Assembly: GCA_964187785.1 (NCBI GenBank)
Contig: OZ076419.1
Span: 7,254,001-7,318,000, forward strand
DNA: 64,000 bases
Direction of reading: 5' to 3'
Origin: Amphiscolops sp. MND2022
Lineage: Eukaryota
The translations under genes and the position numbers were made by a program. Positions 36,309 through 47,641 of this stretch are shown here, one piece after another. Each line of letters opens with the position of its first letter. Position 1 is the first letter of the stretch. The notes beneath the pieces are model-generated. The model was not told where the DNA came from, did no database searches, and worked only from the letters and a program-made list of their open reading frames with translations.

Positions 36309-39300
36309 CTACGGACAACACTCCCCTCTCATGAAATTCCAGATGGAGAATTTTCTATCTGCCAATAAATCGGCTCCACGGCCCAAGAGTCGGAAAACCC
36401 GACTTACTGATTTGGGATCCCGATACAGACTGGAAACATGGGGAATAATGCTGTACGACATCTGAAGATTTTTAATGCAAGACTGAAAGTTTTCTTCACC
36501 TAAACCAGCCATTGGAATATTAAATTCTGGAGGCATTACAACACGTGGAGGCAAACATAAACATGAATACTTGAAGAATTGAAACAGTTCGGGTCTCCAT
36601 TGAAGCTCATAGTGAGAAGTCAGAAATGTAATCCAATCATCGTACTCTGGAGAGTCATCGGATCGCAATTTAATTGCTAATGATCGGTACTGGCTGACAA
36701 CCTTTACTTTAACACTTGAAGTAATCAAGTTAGCAGAGACGAAATGGCTTGTCAGTTTTTCAATGGCGTTCGTGTAGTTGGCTGCCGGTCCAACAAGGAT
36801 AACTGCAGGATCAAATGCTGACAGCCCTCTGATGAGTTTAGATTTGATGTTCCCATGTTCCAATAATTGTCTGCGAAACGATTTAACAAAGCAAATAGAC
36901 TGTTCAACAAATTTGCTGGGACGTGGCAATTTACTCGCAGTGACTAATTTGTGAAAATCTTTGTTGAGCACGTTCTCGTCCGGGGTTTTGTATGGCAAGT
37001 CTGCTTGATATAAATCAAACCGCAAAAAATTGTCCCAATCTGATATATTCCCAAGCGAGGAATCCGGTAAGAAACTCTGAAGCTGGCAGTAAATAAAAAT
37101 GGCAAACTGACTGAAGGCGCGAAATCCACAATCCACACTTTTCTGAACTTCAGAGAACGTTGAGTTGTCTAAAACAACAAATAAGTTAAGTATACATTAG
37201 TCCTGCATTTTCATAAAACGAAAAGAACAGGAGTTATTTTAAAGAAAGCATCAGCGCCGTAGAACACGTGCAGAATTACTACAGTGGAAACCGACACATT
37301 AAAGCTGAATAATCAAGTATTATACGTCACTATGCGGAATGAGCTGGATGATTATACGTCACTATGCGGAACGAAGTGTAGCGACTATACGTCACTATGC
37401 GGAATCAGCTGGATGATTATATGTCACTATGCGGAACGAAGTGTAGCGACTATACGTCACTATGCGGAATCAGTTGAAAGATTATACGTCATTATGCGGA
37501 ATGAGCTGAATAGCAATACAGAGCAATGTAGAACAGGATGCAGCGAACATGCGTTACTATTCGCAACCAGCAGAATGGTTATGCGCCATTATATTTACCG
37601 AGAAAGGAAAGATATACGAAATTGTGCTTAAATGAGTTTCGGAGGAGTGAAAAGTGCGCTACAAAGTGGCATGTGAGTTTTGGGAACGATAATACTTAGA
37701 AACTGTTACAACAATAGTTAGTATGGAAACAAAAACAACTAACAATGGTCTAGGACACAGCGGATGACGAAGAAGCGGGCTAGGTAAGCCGTGTCAAGGC
37801 GGAAACATTCATCCAAAGTGCTTGGCTGAAACGAAAGGATAACATAAAGAAAAGGAAAACACGCATTTTTGGTCTCAAAAGGAAACATAGTAAAGGAGAG
37901 CAAATAACCTCACGCATATGGAACCGATACGCAGGAAGCTTCGCAACTTGATTGAGGTGGTCAAGCACGTGATCCCAATTATTGGATAAAGTCTCTATAA
38001 TTGAATATGCATCCTGAAGAGAACACTCCAAGCGGACTACACTCTAAAAGAAAAAGAAAAACACATCTAGGAAACTTAGACATTTAATTGAAACTAATAT
38101 AGTACTTTAATTACTTTGTGCAGTAGTGGTAACTTCTTTAACCAATCTCGGTCCAAGGCTGTTCTCAATTACATTAAGAGAAAGTCTAATATCGTTCGAA
38201 AGTCGTGGCGCTCAATGATTTGAGAAGTTGGTAACGCAAGCTTCTTCTCAAATTCCTCTGGCCCATATGTACTGACAACGGAAGATTGCTGTTTTCCTGG
38301 GAGACAGCTTGATAGGCATTCACTTAACTTCTCACTGAAGTCAATGAGGGCAACACAAGATGGAGCTTCCTCGAAGAGACTGATGAATGATGAAATTGTC
38401 ATCAGAGTTTTCCTTGGCATCAACATTCCCCGAGGTCCATTCCCAAGCAAACGTGTTGTAATACGTTCCCCGACCAGAAGTTGAGGATTAGGTACGTTGC
38501 TGTTGGGGTATATTGCAAAGCAAGAGAGTAATGGCCAGATGCAGTGATCGCAGTGACACAATATCCAACCAGTTCTCGGAACATGTAGACGAAAATTCCC
38601 TGTGAGACAAACAAAATGTTCCTGACTTATAGTAAATAAACTTATATTAAAGGGATTTCTCTGAGGGAAATTCAGTTCAGATAGAAAATGAATACTGTTA
38701 ATTGAGAAAAAATTACTAACAAAAAGTCGCTGTGGGCTCCAATTCTGTTCACACATCCTGCTGCTGGAGGCCAGACGAGACAGTTCACCATAGATGCCGG
38801 TCAGGCTTCTAATGTGCCCACCATGGCGGAGTCCGTGTTCGAGTATGCAGATCTGCGACAGTACTTTATCGGTAGGATTGGTAACAGCATTGAAATCTGA
38901 GACAGTCTCTTGTCCCACGAAGGGCCGGCATAGGTCCAGTTGAGGAGCGATTGGGTAATTGTTTTTGGCTTTTTTCTTGGCCTCTTGCAGTGAAATTCCA
39001 TAGATTTCTCGTCCTTCTCTGTCAAAGAGGGCCATACCGGGTATCTCCATGCGCATCCGGTGCTCTTTCACTAAATGAGACTCGGATTTGTAGTGAGATA
39101 GTAATTCAAGGCTACCTCTACTCATTAGATAAAGTTCTACCCTGCATACCCGGCACCACCATTTGTGTGGTGTTTTGTCTTTGTCGATGGGGCCAGTAGC
39201 AGAAAATGCTAGAAATGGATGTTTCTTAAGCATAGCTCCAGTCAAAGAATTTTTTGGTCTGCGACGTTTCCCTCTTCACATTGAGTGTCCTCCTTGTGGT

Positions 39301-40196
39301 TCATTTGGATAAACGTCGGACGAAACATGCTGTCCTATTTCCTCTTGACTAGATGAGGCGACGTTGGGGGCAGTTTCTGTATCGTTTACAATGGTTAGGG
39401 TCAAAGCCTGACCTTCGCCAGTCTCTTCATTGAGGACATACTCTTGTGGGATACGTTCCAGGACTCTAGTTAATGTAAGGATTTCCCTCCTAGTGATGTT
39501 AATACTGCCCTGAGCAGCATCAGGTATCACAACATTACTGAAGTTACCTTCGTCATCTGGGGACAGTACTGGAAGCTCATTATGGGGTGGTACATTTTGT
39601 TCCGTAACGTGGGACATAGCATGTTCAAGCTCAGAGCCAGCACCTTGAGGGAGGTATTGACTATAATGTGAAGAAAGGGCTTGAGCTGTTTCCGAACCTA
39701 TGAAGCTTTCCACTATTTCACGACTAATGTTTGCAAAGGAGCCCTCCATGTCTCCTGTGGGGGTCGCTTCTTGTTCAGGATTGGTTAGAGTAGTGGTGAG
39801 GATGTTTTCCGTTGTGGGTTCTTGATGATCAGCCCCGGTTGCAATTGGAGTATCAACGGGGGTGTTTTCGATTGCGGTTTCTACACTAATTTCTTCATGG
39901 ATTTGAAGCGAAGCAGTACTGGGGGATTCGAGTGATCCCGAGACAACAGGAAATTTGGGAGAGGATGTTTGCAGGGGTGTATAAACCTTGACCGGGGATT
40001 GAGTTGAATGTAATTCACTGGCCTCTAGTTCAACTGAAACAAATGATCTAGTTAACAAAACAAAATTATGCAAGTGGAAGCCGTTTAATTTGACTGGAAC
40101 CGGACGCGGGGACATGAAATGAATGAAAACCGGAAACCACTTAGAAATTGGAAACGGAAACGTTTCAAAAGAATCTAAAATTGATCTGAAGAACAA
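36309..40196 (-). pseudogene. Antisense multi-exon gene inside the Gypsy: acidic N-terminus, NLS, BED/U1-like Zn finger and hAT-transposase-like body (~1000 codons)
   Basis: Exons ~40196-38721, 38599-38115, 38043-37909, 37825-37744 and 37168-36309, joined by GT-AG introns of 121, 71, 83 and 575 nt with consistent phases. Zn finger WWCRVCRVEL...LLSHYKSESH. Single in-frame stops at 39276 and 38169, and about one frameshift near 38420. The 5' end is uncertain. Confidence 0.72.
37321..37503. repeat. Six copies of TATACGTCACTATGCGGAA at 32/33-bp spacing
   Basis: Cores at 37321, 37353, 37386, 37418, 37451 and 37483, with two alternating spacer types. Confidence 0.9.
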
Positions 40197-40804
40197 GGAT
40201 CATTTTCACTTATGAGTATGGCCAACTCAGCAAACCGAAATTTCCCTGAACCAACCAAACTAAAATCATATTAAAAGTTGAACTTGCCTGGATCAGACCA
40301 GAAAGATGGATTATAATTCCTCCCTCCACCGTAACGACGAGGTGATTGCTCTTCTTGCGTCCCCTTCTCCCCAGATAAACTCTCTTCCTGTTTTTCCTCC
40401 ATCCGAAAGTGATGTAAAGAATGGGACAGTGGAGCGTGATTATGAAATAAAATATATGATCCACAAAGAAATCAAATAAATCTGAAAATAAAGCTGAAAT
40501 CGGTGAAGGTTAAAAGGAGTAGATTGAACTGCAATGTTTTGTGAACTCTGGACTGATATACTATGTTGACTATATGACAGTTTGACAAATGATGAAATAC
40601 AAAAGGCGTGGCGTAACAAGGCAAAGGCAAAGAGCAAATGATGCAAGTTTGCGCAAATGTGCAAAGAAATACTGAAATCTGGTTGGCTAATTAAATATCA
40701 ATTACGTCTGCCAGCGTGATTGATTGACTCATTGTGGAGCTGGATGTGAAAATACATGCAAATGCGTTAATACGAACCAAATTGGAATGATTTATATGCT
40801 AGAG

Positions 40805-40955
40805 TATACGGCAGTATGCGGATCGACTAAAGGCGAATATACGGCAGTATGCGGAATTGCAGTGACGAGTATGCGGCAGTATGCGGAATTGCAGTCGAGG
40901 ACTATGCGGCACTATGCGGATCGAGTAGTGACGCATACTCGGCATCCTGCGGTTT
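40805..40955. repeat. Related array of TATACGGCAGTATGCGGA units at ~33-bp spacing
   Basis: About four cores plus a GACGCATACTCG...GCGGTTT unit that is also found in the LTR array (24360-24545). Confidence 0.85.
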
Positions 40956-41767
40956 TCGCTGTATGCATTCAAAAGGAGTGGATTAATGTCGTCAATGATT
41001 AGAACCGTATGAATAGAATAGTTTTATGTAATACAACGAAGAAACTACATACTCTTAAAGACAAAACATATGTGATATTAATAATGTGTCAGTACAGCAC
41101 CGGCGCTCTTTTGATTTTGATATGATTTCAGAAGTCTAGACTGCTGGTACATTTTGCCATTTTGAATGGATTTACCAATAAACATGAAAACCTATTTGCT
41201 CTATTGCCAACCCTGTTGCATTTTTCAAATGCAGGACTGAGATTAAACTATGTTTTTCTTAAAAATAAACTTTGATTCTGTAACGATGTGAAACTGAAAT
41301 GAAACATTCACTTTAACATCTTTCATTTTCATGTAAACCTAGTCATGTAAGAATAAATAAATTCAACTTTGAATTGTTTCAAAGAAGATCCCCATAAAAA
41401 TATTCCTAGGTTAGTTACTCTGAAGTTGGGAAGAATTTGTTTATATATCACTTAAACGTATGAGGAAAGCTGTAAGCTCTGATGATGGGTGATGATCAGT
41501 CGGGGCGTTAACCGAAACACCTTTTATAGAAATTGTTTACAACTCGTTGTGAATGAAACCCGAAAACATCCCTTATAAGGATGTCTGCAGGATCAGAACA
41601 TGACAAGCAATTTTCCGCGGGTTTTCATCCAAAATCAAGAGGAAGAAGGGAGTTCATCACCATATGGTCTATATTTCAACTCGCAATCAGCAGCTTCTTC
41701 AGTTCAAATAAATTTGTAGAAACTTCCCCTCAGAAATATTCTGCCAAAGTTTAAATCTGAAATAAAA

Positions 41768-42823
41768 ATGCTATTCAACATTGACGAGATGTTCGACAAT
41801 TTCGACTCTCCACCATCGATAATCGACGTCTCTACCGAATCCGGAGATGAGTTCGTGGTGGAGCCAGGCGAAGTTCAGGCACTGGACGAAAGATTCCGTG
41901 TAGGAGGCCCCTCCGCAGATGCAATGTCGGCATTCGTGGGAGCTGCCGCCGCAACTCTTTTCCCCTCCTCAGCGGTTCCTTACCAAAATGAAGAAACCAT
42001 CGATACAGCCGGCTCGCAGATTGAGAGACAACTAATGGAGCTAGTAGAGAAGCATCAGAGTAATGACTCAACCTCACCGCCGTCATTCATCGACACAGAG
42101 TTCGAAGAATCTCCGGAATCCCCAGACGAGCAAGAAACGAGCGGAAATATGTCGGTCAATAGTTATTGTCGTCCGACCGCGGCGGTTCTACCCACTCCAA
42201 GAGGCCGTGGCAGAGGTAGGGGATCTGTCACCCGCCCCGTGCCGACTTACCGGCCTGGCTACTCACCTGAAATGAGTAATTTCAACATAACAGGAGCTGG
42301 CATACGAGAAATACAACCCGCAAGTCTTGGTATAGAGAGCAACTTCCAATGGAACAGACCAGTCACAGCTAACCCAAGTGTCCCACTTATTGGTGTGCCA
42401 CCACAGACTAATGTCATCCCGCTGATGATCCAGATCCCGCTAAATGCATCCAACTTCGCGGTCAATCATGGGGGTTTTCAAGCTCAACAGCAAATACCGT
42501 ATGGGATAACAGTGCAAACTACCCACAGCACAAGTTTCCTACTCTTTCCAGCTAGAGAGAGGGAAGCGTATCGCTTATCACCCACAGTAATGCCTAATAT
42601 CGCCGGTTTTTGCGACTGGTGTGGCAAGACGTACGATCAAATAGGGTTGGAAATTCTCGGAGAGTATCTCTTAACGACAGCTTATGACTCCGAAACAGTA
42701 AGGGATCGCAACGTGAGGTCCCGTGCCTTCATCGACGGTTCAAGGCAGCCCTGTTCACCTTCAAAAATGCAGGACTGTCGCAACCCAGGAGTTGCGTTGG
42801 ACCTGGTGTGCAGCACTAATTGA
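41768..42823 (+). CDS. Unknown 351-aa Gypsy accessory ORF ending inside the 3' LTR
   Basis: Long open frame with an acidic/Pro-rich N-terminus, an RGRGRGRG stretch and a C-terminal FCDWCG region. The last 16 codons are LTR sequence. Confidence 0.65.
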   Translation: MLFNIDEMFDNFDSPPSIIDVSTESGDEFVVEPGEVQALDERFRVGGPSADAMSAFVGAAAATLFPSSAVPYQNEETIDTAGSQIERQLMELVEKHQSNDSTSPPSFIDTEFEESPESPDEQETSGNMSVNSYCRPTAAVLPTPRGRGRGRGSVTRPVPTYRPGYSPEMSNFNITGAGIREIQPASLGIESNFQWNRPVTANPSVPLIGVPPQTNVIPLMIQIPLNASNFAVNHGGFQAQQQIPYGITVQTTHSTSFLLFPAREREAYRLSPTVMPNIAGFCDWCGKTYDQIGLEILGEYLLTTAYDSETVRDRNVRSRAFIDGSRQPCSPSKMQDCRNPGVALDLVCSTN

Positions 42824-44297
42824 AGAAAACAGAACGTTCCTCTCCCATCTCCTTCGAAAACTGTGAAACTTTCACTGAAAAAACTTGGGTTCGTTCATTT
42901 CTAATTCACTTTTTCTCTTTTGGAAGTCATGTAAAGAATTTGTGTAATTTAAATTGAAAAGGGTCTAGTTTTACTGTCTATTGAGAACTCATAATTGCAT
43001 AAAACCCAGGCCAGAATAGAAAAACACGTGCTAATGAGCAATACATTACGTAACATTGGTTTTCATTGAGCCCAATTAGTCTAAATACCATTTTTTGCTG
43101 ATGACTATGCGGTACTATGCGGATCGAGGTTAGACGAATACTCGTCATTATGCGTTTTTGCCAATCTTATTATGCGGCATCCTACGGATCGAGGTTAGAC
43201 GAATACTCGTCATTATACGCTTTTCATTGAAACACTATGCGATATCCTGCGGATCGCGTGGTGACGCATACTCGCCAGTATGCGGTTTCAGCAGGACCTT
43301 CTGAATAGAGTAGAAAGACGAAATAGTGCTAGTTGGAAACCATTACAATTGCAGTTTATACAGTATTTCGAGTAATTTCCAGGGTTTCCTAGTTCTTTCC
43401 TTGGATATACTCTAAACGTGGAGTAATTTAGCTGATACTATAAATAGTATGACGTTACCCTGACGTATTCCTTTTTTTTACCTTTCTCTAAAACCTTACA
43501 GTAAAAAGGAGTGTCATGGTTTTTTGTTGGAGCTATTTCATTTTAAAAACTAGGAGGAACATCATTCAAATCTCGACCGTCGAATAGTGCAGTTGTTTTT
43601 TTCAGACATCTGTAAACTTCTTGATAATTTCGTTATATTTCCGAATCTTGTTATTTTTGAATAAACAAGATAATTCAAATTCTTCCCCAAAAGCCAAAAT
43701 CCATTTTCACTCAAAGCAACATGGGAAATAGACGCAATAGACGTTCTAGAAGACTAGAAACACCTTCCCCAGACAGAGAAGTAGAAGTAACTCAGATAGG
43801 GACGCGCATTTCAGGTAATGAAACTTTAACTAATGTTAATACTGTGGTTCAAAGAGATTTAGGTGAAGACATCTTAGAGAACCAGTTTACCTAACCTAGC
43901 CAAATAAGCAACGAGATCCAAGTATGGACCCAAATTATGGAACAAAAGAACAATGATAGAATTGAAAAGATGAGAGAAGAGATGAAAAACAAACCCGAAA
44001 TGATTCTAAAGGAAATAAAGTCTAATAAGAGTGCATCAACTGTGACAAACCCAGGGTCAGAAATTAACGAAAACAGAGACTCGCAACCATCGGGATCCAA
44101 AACAAATAGGTCTATAGGAGTTCACGCATCTAATAACGAGAATTCAGATTCTGAAAATGATGATTATCCTCTCAGAGCTTCCAAAATGAAAGACTTAAGA
44201 CATCCTGCAAGACCAATATTTAACAATGAATCAGATGTAGATGTAACTATAAACCCAGAAGATGAGTCCGATGCAGAAGAAGTAGAGGATTATCACA
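42776..44297 (+). repeat. Gypsy 3' LTR, 1522 bp
   Basis: TGTCGCAAC...TTATCACA followed by the TSD GTCAC. Visibly more diverged from the 5' LTR than the two tandem 5' copies are from each other. Confidence 0.95.
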
Positions 44298-47277
44298 GTC
44301 ACGATGTAATAGTTGAAAAATTAACTCATCTCGTGAATGAATCGCTAAAAAGTGGAACATTTCCTCAGGTTTTGAAAGCTGCGAGAGTGGTACCGATATA
44401 CAAATCCCGCAAAAAATCTATACGTGAAAATTACAGACCCATATCTGTCTTATCAGTATTGAGCAAAATATTTGAACGTGTTGTGCATGAACGACTATAT
44501 ATATATATTCATGGATAAAAATAAGCTATTATACCCAAGACAATTTGGATTCAGGTCAAAACTGAGCCCCATCCACGCTCTTTCCGATTTTACAGAAATG
44601 ATTAGGGATAATTCTAACCTCGATATTTGTTGTATTTTGCTTGATTTACAAAAAGCCTTCGATACAATAAACCATGAATTTCTCTTATATAAACTCGAAG
44701 CATACGGTGTCAGAGGGGTTTGCTTGGATTGGTTCACATCATATCAAAGTAAACGAAGTCAATGTGTTTCAATTAACGGTAAAGTCTCAACACCATTACT
44801 TATTGACTGCGGCGTTCCTCAAGGATCTATTCTTGGCCCACTGCTCTTTATAATTTATGTAAATGATTTCCCGAACTCGTGTAAAAACATTATTCCGTTT
44901 CTCTTTGCGGATGATGCAAATTGAGTTTACGCGAGACCCAAAAATGAGACATCTACATTACAAGATGAAGTTGAACACATTCCTGGATGGATGGCTATGA
45001 ATAAGCTTAGTCAAAATATTCCTAAAACTGAATTGGTCCATTTTTTAAACTGCAAAGATGAAAGCATAGTATTGAAATATACTGAAATAACATGTACTGA
45101 ATACGTTAAATCTCTGGGTATCTTACTTGATGAAAATTTAACTTATGGTTTCCACGTCAAACGTGTACTGAATAAATTAGCCAAACATGTATCCATTATT
45201 AACCGTCTAAGGCATTTCACCAGTAGTTCGGTAGTGATACGATATTATAAAACATACATGAAACCAATTATTCAAAACAGACACTTGATATATAGGTGCA
45301 CGAGGAAGAGTGTACTGAATGATATATTTCTTGTTCAGAAAAAAATCCTCCGTATTACATATTTTAAAAACAGACGATATCCATCGGATGAATTGTTCAA
45401 AAGAAGCGAAATTATGAATGTTTTTGATCTAAACGTATTTGAACTATTAAAATTCGCCGTGCGTTCTAGTAGAGAAAGTCAACTGCATAATATCAAGAGC
45501 GTATTTATCCACAAAAATTCAGGTAAATGGTCACTTGGCTTAATGCCATTTGGCTTAAAGTCATTTGGCTTACTACATTTGGTCACTTGGCTTTATTTTT
45601 TTAAGCTAAGTGTCTCGGGTATTGGTCACTTGGCCTAAAGTCATTTGACTTAAAACCACTTAGTTGAAAACACGTGGCAGATTTTGTCGATTTTATCTTT
45701 ATAACGGGAACAGGACGTTTCGGCAAAGACGTTTCGGCAAAAAAAAATTCGAGACGTTTCGGCAATTTTTTTTTGCCGAAATGTCCGCCGCCATGTTTTT
45801 GCCGAAACGTCTTTTGCCGAAACGTCCTGTTCCCCTCTCGGATATGTCCCCGTTTCCTCTGGTGTCCCGCGGCCCCTTGGGGGGGTGGGCGGAAATAGGT
45901 CGAAGGAACGGGATCGAAAATCAGAGTTAGTCCTCAGGTCGACAATACCAAATTTTTGAATGGGATCGAAACAACTCGGATCGAAATTTTCATAACGTAG
46001 TCAGATATGTTCACATACCCCTAGTGCCCTGAATACAGGAGCGAAGCGAAGCGGAGCGACGTGCCATATGGCCATGCCTCAATGTTGCTAGTTGGCGAAG
46101 GGAGCGAAGCGACCGAGCCATACAACAAATACGATAAAATTCGACCGCATGCCATTCGATCCCTGTAATTCGATCAAAAGGTTCGACCTCAGTCCTTTCG
46201 ACCAGAAAAATTCGACCTATTTACAGCCACCCCCCTTGGGGCCGCCTTTTTTCCCATCATGCTAAGCGAGGTCGAACAGGAGCGAAGACCTAGCGGGAAC
46301 GGAGATCGCGAAGCGATCGTAGTGGGAGCTGCTCTTTGCGACGGTGAGGGCGAGCGTGCATACATCGCATATATCATGCGAGACGTTTCGGCAATTTTTT
46401 TAGCCTGAGACGTTTCGGCATATTTTTTTTGCCGAAACGTCCGCCGCCATGTTTTTGCCGAAACGTCTTTTGCCGAAACGTCCGGAATTCTTTATAACGT
46501 AGTCAGCGTATTATTATAACATGTCATATCAAGTACCCCTCGGATATGTCCCCATTTCCTCTAGTGCCCTGCGGCCCCTTGGGGCCGCTTATATTCCCAT
46601 CTTGCTAAGCGAGGTCGAACAGGAGCAAAGACCTAGCGGGAACGAAGATCGCGAAGCAATCGTAGTGGGAGCTGGTCTTTGCGACGGTGAGGGCGAGCGT
46701 GCATACACCGCCTATGCCCCACATTATGATATTTCCGGGAGTTGACATATTTATTCCCTGAGTTGGAATGGAGTTGGCTTAATTTTGTGGTCACTTGGCT
46801 TAAAATTTTTAGGCCAAATGACTCGACGAAAAAATTAAGCCAAGTGACTGGTAACCAAAATTCACTTGTTTTTACTCGGAGTGTTTCTTCCAATATGCTT
46901 CATGTACCTGAAGCACGAACGCAAGTTAGCCGACAATCACTAAAATATCGTGGAACTGTCTTACTGAATCATCTACTAAAAACGAAGCTTTTACATCGCA
47001 ATTATGAATCTATCAGTGAAAATGAGACTAAAAGATTGATATTAAAAATTAAAAACAAAATAAGTAGCGAACGTCTGGCAGACATAGTTTTTTGTTGATG
47101 CCCTTGTGTTTGGAGGGTCCTCCCCCGTTTAGGAATAATAACCTTTGGAGGGTCCCCTCTGGTGCTATATTTTATTTAAACCGACTGCATTGTACTTAAC
47201 TTCTGTACTGGTACTATTGTTCAATTTTTTAAACATAGCATCAGAGAAAATTTAATTCTTTCTTTCTTCTTTCTTTC
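44298..47277 (+). pseudogene. LINE ORF2 RT, C-terminus and 3' UTR with (TTTC)n-like tail; interrupted by 45522-46856
   Basis: NYRPISVLS, QFGFRSK, LLDLQKAFDTI, CGVPQGSILGPLLF and LFADD. C-terminus resumes at ~46865. TTCT repeats at 47256-47277. Confidence 0.9.
45522..46856. mobile_element. TIR element with 8-bp TSD containing nested MITEs
   Basis: Ends GGTAAATGGTCACTTGGCTTAA / TTAAGCCAAGTGACTGGTAACC; TSD AAAATTCA (45514-45521 and 46857-46864). Inside: a palindromic ACGTTTCGGCAAA foldback (45707-45835, half copy at 46380-46482), the 355-bp TIR element (45880-46235), and two copies of a ~200-bp module. Confidence 0.8.
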
Positions 47278-47641
47278 ATGAATTCGTAAACTTGTTGAGG
47301 CATGTTTACTAGTGGAAGATAACGCGGCCTTGTCGTGGGAAAGGTACCAGAGGTTCCCAGAATCGCGTCATCTGAACAAACTGTGCAAAGCAACTACGAA
47401 ACCGCGGCTCATATCAAGAGGTGAAAATACATTCCGACCCGAGTGGAGAAGGCCATGCAAAGAATTGAAAGTCTGAATGAGAATTTAGACCCGAGCGAAT
47501 TATATTGTGTATTCTCAGCTCGCACTTATAGCTAAAATATAGGCGAAGTATATATTTTTATACCGATAATGAATTCAAGGTAATTCATTTTTAGCTAAAA
47601 TATCAATCGGGCGTCAACGTAAAAAAATGTTTCAGAATACA

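Larger units (their letters stand above)
28367..44297 (+). mobile_element. Full-length 15.9-kb Ty3/Gypsy LTR retrotransposon with large accessory region
   Basis: TG...CA LTRs at 28367-29889 and 42776-44297, 5-bp TSD GTCAC (28362-28366 and 44298-44302), PBS at 29890, and gag-PR-RT-RH-IN order. Confidence 0.95.

Noticed and set aside
37321-37503. Repeat-spacer array resembling a CRISPR
   Set aside because: Spacers are only 13-14 nt and alternate between two sequences, there are no cas genes, and the context is eukaryotic. It is a higher-order minisatellite.
37284-37631. Repetitive ORFs 37284-37631, 40724-41002 and 24354-24566
   Set aside because: They are translations of the TATGCGG arrays, and the first lies within a predicted intron.
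47280-47480. Short open frame upstream of the BART gene
   Set aside because: No start, splice signals or motif link it to the gene.
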